Assembly (NCBI GenBank): GCA_965213675.1
Contig: OZ243916.1
Coordinates: forward strand, 1,344,001 to 1,408,000
Length of the DNA stretch: 64,000 nucleotides
Source of the DNA: an uncultured Candidatus Binatia bacterium
GTDB lineage: Bacteria; Desulfobacterota; Binatia; UBA9968; JAJDTQ01
Direction of reading: 5' to 3'
A program made the position numbers and the translations under genes. A model generated the notes under the pieces. The model was not told the origin of the DNA, did no database searches, and saw nothing but the letters and a program-made list of their open reading frames with translations. Below are positions 60,834 to 64,000 of this stretch, one piece after another (within the stretch, counting starts at the first letter, position 1; each line of letters starts with the position of its first letter).

Positions 60834-62567
60834 ATGGCTGTTCGGCTCGAAACCGACGTGCTCGTGATCGGCGGCGGCATTGCCGGGGCCTTCGCGGCCT
60901 ACCGGGCGCGGGAGGCGGGGGCCCGGGTGCTGCTGGTGGACCGTTCGTACTTCGGGCGCAGCGGCTGCAGCGCGTTGGCTTCCGGCGTCTACCCCGCCTA
61001 CATGCCGGGCGACGACCGGAACGCATGGTTGCGGGCCTTCGGCGGACCGCTGGTGAACCAGCCGCTGGTGGCCCGGTCGCTTCCGGTCATGCACGAGCAT
61101 GTGCTGCTCATGGACCGCTGGGGCGTGAACTGGGTCAAGGAAGGCCGCAAGATCGTGCGCATGGGCGCGCCCGGGCGCTCCTTCGCCAACGGCGTGTGGA
61201 TGGCCGAGGGCGGGCCGCAGATGATGATGGCCGTGCGTTCCGGCGTCGCGGGCAGCGGCGTGGAGGTGCTCAACCGCGTGGCGCTGACCGAACTCTTGAC
61301 CTCCGACGGCCAGTTGCCCACAGCGGGCCGGGTGGTGGGCGCGGCCGGCTTTCACACCCGCACCGGCGAGGTGCACGCGATCATGGCCAAGACCACGGTG
61401 GTGTGCACCGGCCCCTACAAGTTCCCCTACCCCTGGCCCGGCAGCACGCTGGGCTACATGCCCATCGATCTCTCGGGCGACGGCATCGCCATGATGATGC
61501 GCGCGGGCGCGGAGCTTTCGCGGCTGGAACTCGGCGGCATCAACCTGAACCCCGACAACGCGCTCTCCGCTCCCGGCCTGGAATCGCTGATGCCGTCGGG
61601 GGCGAAATGGGTGGACCAGGACGGCCGGCGCTTCCTGGAGGACTACGATCCCAAGCGCATGGAGATGACCCAACGGGCGATGCTCTATTTTGCCATCGCC
61701 CATCAGAAGGAGCTGGGCCGAGTGCCCTCCATGGACCTGCGGGAGGTGCCGCCGGAGCGGATGCAACTCATCCGGCGGGTCATCCCCATCGTGGTCCAGA
61801 ACCAGGAAGCCATGGTGGGCGACCTCACGGAAACGCCGGTGCCCTACACCTATCAAGTGGCCGGCACCAGCGGCATCTTTGGCGCGGGCGCGCGGGTGAC
61901 GGAACGAGGGGAGACCACGGTGCCGGGACTCTACGCCGCTGGCACCTGCACCGACATGACGTACCTGCCGGGCGGCAATCTGCCCTTCTGCTCCGTTACC
62001 GGCGACTGGACCGGCACCGCCGTGGGCAAGGCCGTGGAATCGGTGGAGTCCCCCACCGTGCCGGCGGCGCAGGTGGAACGGGTGACGGCGCGGATCGTCG
62101 AGCCGCTCCAGCGCCGGAACGGTATCGCCTTCGAACCGGTCCACCGCCGGCTCGGTGAGATGCTGATGGAGAAGGTCGGGCTCGTGCTCCACGCCGACCG
62201 CTTGGACGCCGCCTTGGCCGAACTCCGCGACATGCGCGCTCATCAGGTGCCGCGGCTCACCGCGCGCAACCCTCACGAACTCGCCAAAGTCTGGGGCCTC
62301 GACCAGTATACGCAGGTACTGGAGGCGACGCTCCGAGCCTACCGCCACCGCACCGAAAGCCGCGTGGCCTTCATCCGCGAGGACTACCCGGTGATAGACA
62401 ACGTCAACTGGGTGAAGATGGTGGTGGTGAAGCAAGAGAACGGCGCCCTCAGGCTGTGGGACGAACCCCTGCCCGAGTCCTGGCACGACCCCCATCCGGT
62501 GCGGCCCACGCAAAACCCGCATCTCGTTTTCCGCAACCGCGAGGAGGCCCCCGGTGCCGCGCGTTGA
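60834..62567 (+). CDS. AprA/SdhA-superfamily FAD flavoprotein
   Basis: DVLVIGGGIAG, GRSGC, SGDGIAM...AGAEL, TTVPGLYAAG, RTESR...REDYP. Confidence 0.85.
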   Translation: MAVRLETDVLVIGGGIAGAFAAYRAREAGARVLLVDRSYFGRSGCSALASGVYPAYMPGDDRNAWLRAFGGPLVNQPLVARSLPVMHEHVLLMDRWGVNWVKEGRKIVRMGAPGRSFANGVWMAEGGPQMMMAVRSGVAGSGVEVLNRVALTELLTSDGQLPTAGRVVGAAGFHTRTGEVHAIMAKTTVVCTGPYKFPYPWPGSTLGYMPIDLSGDGIAMMMRAGAELSRLELGGINLNPDNALSAPGLESLMPSGAKWVDQDGRRFLEDYDPKRMEMTQRAMLYFAIAHQKELGRVPSMDLREVPPERMQLIRRVIPIVVQNQEAMVGDLTETPVPYTYQVAGTSGIFGAGARVTERGETTVPGLYAAGTCTDMTYLPGGNLPFCSVTGDWTGTAVGKAVESVESPTVPAAQVERVTARIVEPLQRRNGIAFEPVHRRLGEMLMEKVGLVLHADRLDAALAELRDMRAHQVPRLTARNPHELAKVWGLDQYTQVLEATLRAYRHRTESRVAFIREDYPVIDNVNWVKMVVVKQENGALRLWDEPLPESWHDPHPVRPTQNPHLVFRNREEAPGAAR

Positions 62568-62745
62568 AGTCAACCCACAGGCGTGCACCGGCTGCGGCGT
62601 CTGCGTCGACACCTGCCCCACCGACGTCCTGCGCCTCGATCCACAACGGAAGGCATCCATGGCCTATCCCGCGGACTGCCAAGGCTGCTTCGTGTGCCAG
62701 TGGGACTGCGCCTACGGCGCCATCCGCGTCGTGGTGAAGGACTAG
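62554..62745 (+). CDS. 2x[4Fe-4S] ferredoxin (AprB-like partner)
   Basis: CTGCGVCVDTCP and CQGCFVCQWDCA; GAGG RBS, GTG start overlapping the flavoprotein gene. Confidence 0.88.
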   Translation: MPRVEVNPQACTGCGVCVDTCPTDVLRLDPQRKASMAYPADCQGCFVCQWDCAYGAIRVVVKD

Positions 62746-62829
62746 TGTGGTGTCTCAAGTATAGGCAGGAGCCTGTCCGCTTTGGTGGGGCGACCCGCGC
62801 TGGCCCCAGGCGCAGGCCGGCGCCGCTCT

Positions 62830-64000
62830 TCAGGCCGCGCTGCCCACACGTTCCCGCAGCGCCCGCTTGTCCACCTTGTCGCCCGACGCCACCTTGGGGA
62901 ACGCGTCCATCAGTTCCAGCCGATCAGGACGCTTGAAGGAGGCCAGTCCCTGGTCAAGGAGGAAGGCGGTCACCTCTTCCAGCGTCAACGCGGCGCCGTT
63001 CTCGGTAATTACGCACGCCGCGATGCGCTCGCCCATCTCCGGGTCGTCGTAGCCCACCACCGCAGCCTCGCGCACCTTGGGGTGGCGCGCCAGCAGGTTC
63101 TCGATGTCGGCCGGAAAGATATTCTGTCCGCCGCGGATGATGAGGTCCTGATCCCGGCCCATGAGGTAGATGTTGCCCGCGTCGTCCATGCGCCCCCACT
63201 CCTCCAGGTCCAGGAAGCCGTCGGCGCGCCGGCGCGCATTGAGGTCGGGGTTGTCAAGAAAGCGCGCGTCCGAGGGCAGCCCACGGACCCATAGACGGCC
63301 GGTGACGCCGCGTGGAACCTCGTGGCCCCTCGCGTCCAGGATGCGCATCTCGTTGCCTTCGAGAGGGCGACCCACGGAACCGATGCGAACGTCGGCCGGG
63401 TCGTCCCACGAGGTGGCGCACAGGCCGCCGCAGTCCACGCTGCCGTAGCCCTGCATGATGCGGCAGCCCAGCCGCGCCTCGGCCGCCCTTCCGATCTCGT
63501 GGGGCAGTGGAGAACCGTGGCTCACGACGATGCGCAGGGAATCCAGGTCATGACCCCCCAGATCGGGCAGCGCCAGCAGGCGGGAGATCATGGTCGGAAC
63601 CATGGGCAGGACGTTCACCCGTTCCCGCGCCACGGTCTCGCAGGTGAGGCGCGGGTCGAAGTGGTCCAGCAGCACCACCCGCGCCCCGGCTTCGCACACA
63701 CCGTTGTACACAAGCCCGTCCGCCACCCCGGAAATGATGGTCGTGACCGCGCACAGGGTGTCGCCGGGTCCGACCCGGAACCGTTGGAGGTGGCGCCACC
63801 CGGTCAGGAGGCGCGTGTAGAGCGGCACCGCCGCGCACTTGGGAGTACCGGTGGAGCCGCTGGTGGTGGCGAGTTGGCACACATCCTCCACGCCGTAGCG
63901 CGTGGCGGCAAGGCGCCGCCGGCCCTCGTCCGTCACAGGCTGGGAAAGGGCGTCCTCCAGCGGCAGGCAGCCAGCGGGCGCTTCGTCCCACGCCGCCAGC
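62830..64000 (-). CDS. AMP-binding acyl-CoA synthetase (class I adenylate-forming), N-terminus beyond window
   Basis: TSGSTGTPK, QGYG, GSVG.P, GR..DLIIRGG.NI.P..IE, GE. Confidence 0.9.
   Translation of the reverse strand, partial: LAAWDEAPAGCLPLEDALSQPVTDEGRRRLAATRYGVEDVCQLATTSGSTGTPKCAAVPLYTRLLTGWRHLQRFRVGPGDTLCAVTTIISGVADGLVYNGVCEAGARVVLLDHFDPRLTCETVARERVNVLPMVPTMISRLLALPDLGGHDLDSLRIVVSHGSPLPHEIGRAAEARLGCRIMQGYGSVDCGGLCATSWDDPADVRIGSVGRPLEGNEMRILDARGHEVPRGVTGRLWVRGLPSDARFLDNPDLNARRRADGFLDLEEWGRMDDAGNIYLMGRDQDLIIRGGQNIFPADIENLLARHPKVREAAVVGYDDPEMGERIAACVITENGAALTLEEVTAFLLDQGLASFKRPDRLELMDAFPKVASGDKVDKRALRERVGSAA

Noticed and set aside
60834-62745. Dissimilatory APS reductase aprAB or succinate dehydrogenase
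   Set aside because: Gene order is A then B with a short ferredoxin; no sat/qmo or membrane anchors; no covalent-FAD His motif of SdhA

Overview
GC-rich bacterial window. The gene content (TTT/Bug transporters, aromatic catabolism, secreted ankyrin, NHL and TbpB-like proteins) suggests a Deltaproteobacteria-like, possibly invertebrate-associated organism, but that is inference only. 1-31 kb is metabolic or housekeeping: a sugar-type ABC transporter; an aromatic/hydroxycinnamate catabolism block (MDR, LigB/LigA-like dioxygenase, ADP-forming acyl-CoA ligase, TctCAB, two tandem HCHL/ech paralogues); thrH, an amidohydrolase, ogt, an ArsS-like radical SAM plus GT2 pair, dppBC, recQ, a GMC oxidoreductase and a PhoD-like gene. 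About 31.0-42.4 kb is a decaying mobile island. It holds three tyrosine-recombinase relics, Mrr, a RelE/Gp49-XRE toxin-antitoxin pair, a broken MobF/TrwC relaxase, an MmeI-like fragment and a DUF2726 gene. It also holds an intact surface-protein cassette: a TbpB-barrel-like lipoprotein, a Slam-like relic, a lipoprotein with an apparent C2 domain split by a coiled-coil/6-Cys hairpin, and a secreted ankyrin protein. 42.4-64 kb has a second TctCAB, ssb, a CI/S24-like repressor, a Mo-hydroxylase (M/S/L), transporters, mazG, an NHL protein and an AprAB-like flavoprotein/ferredoxin pair. At least two families of short TIR/palindromic elements occur between genes. No rRNA, tRNA or CRISPR array was seen. 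All calls come from motif recognition by eye; no searches were run.
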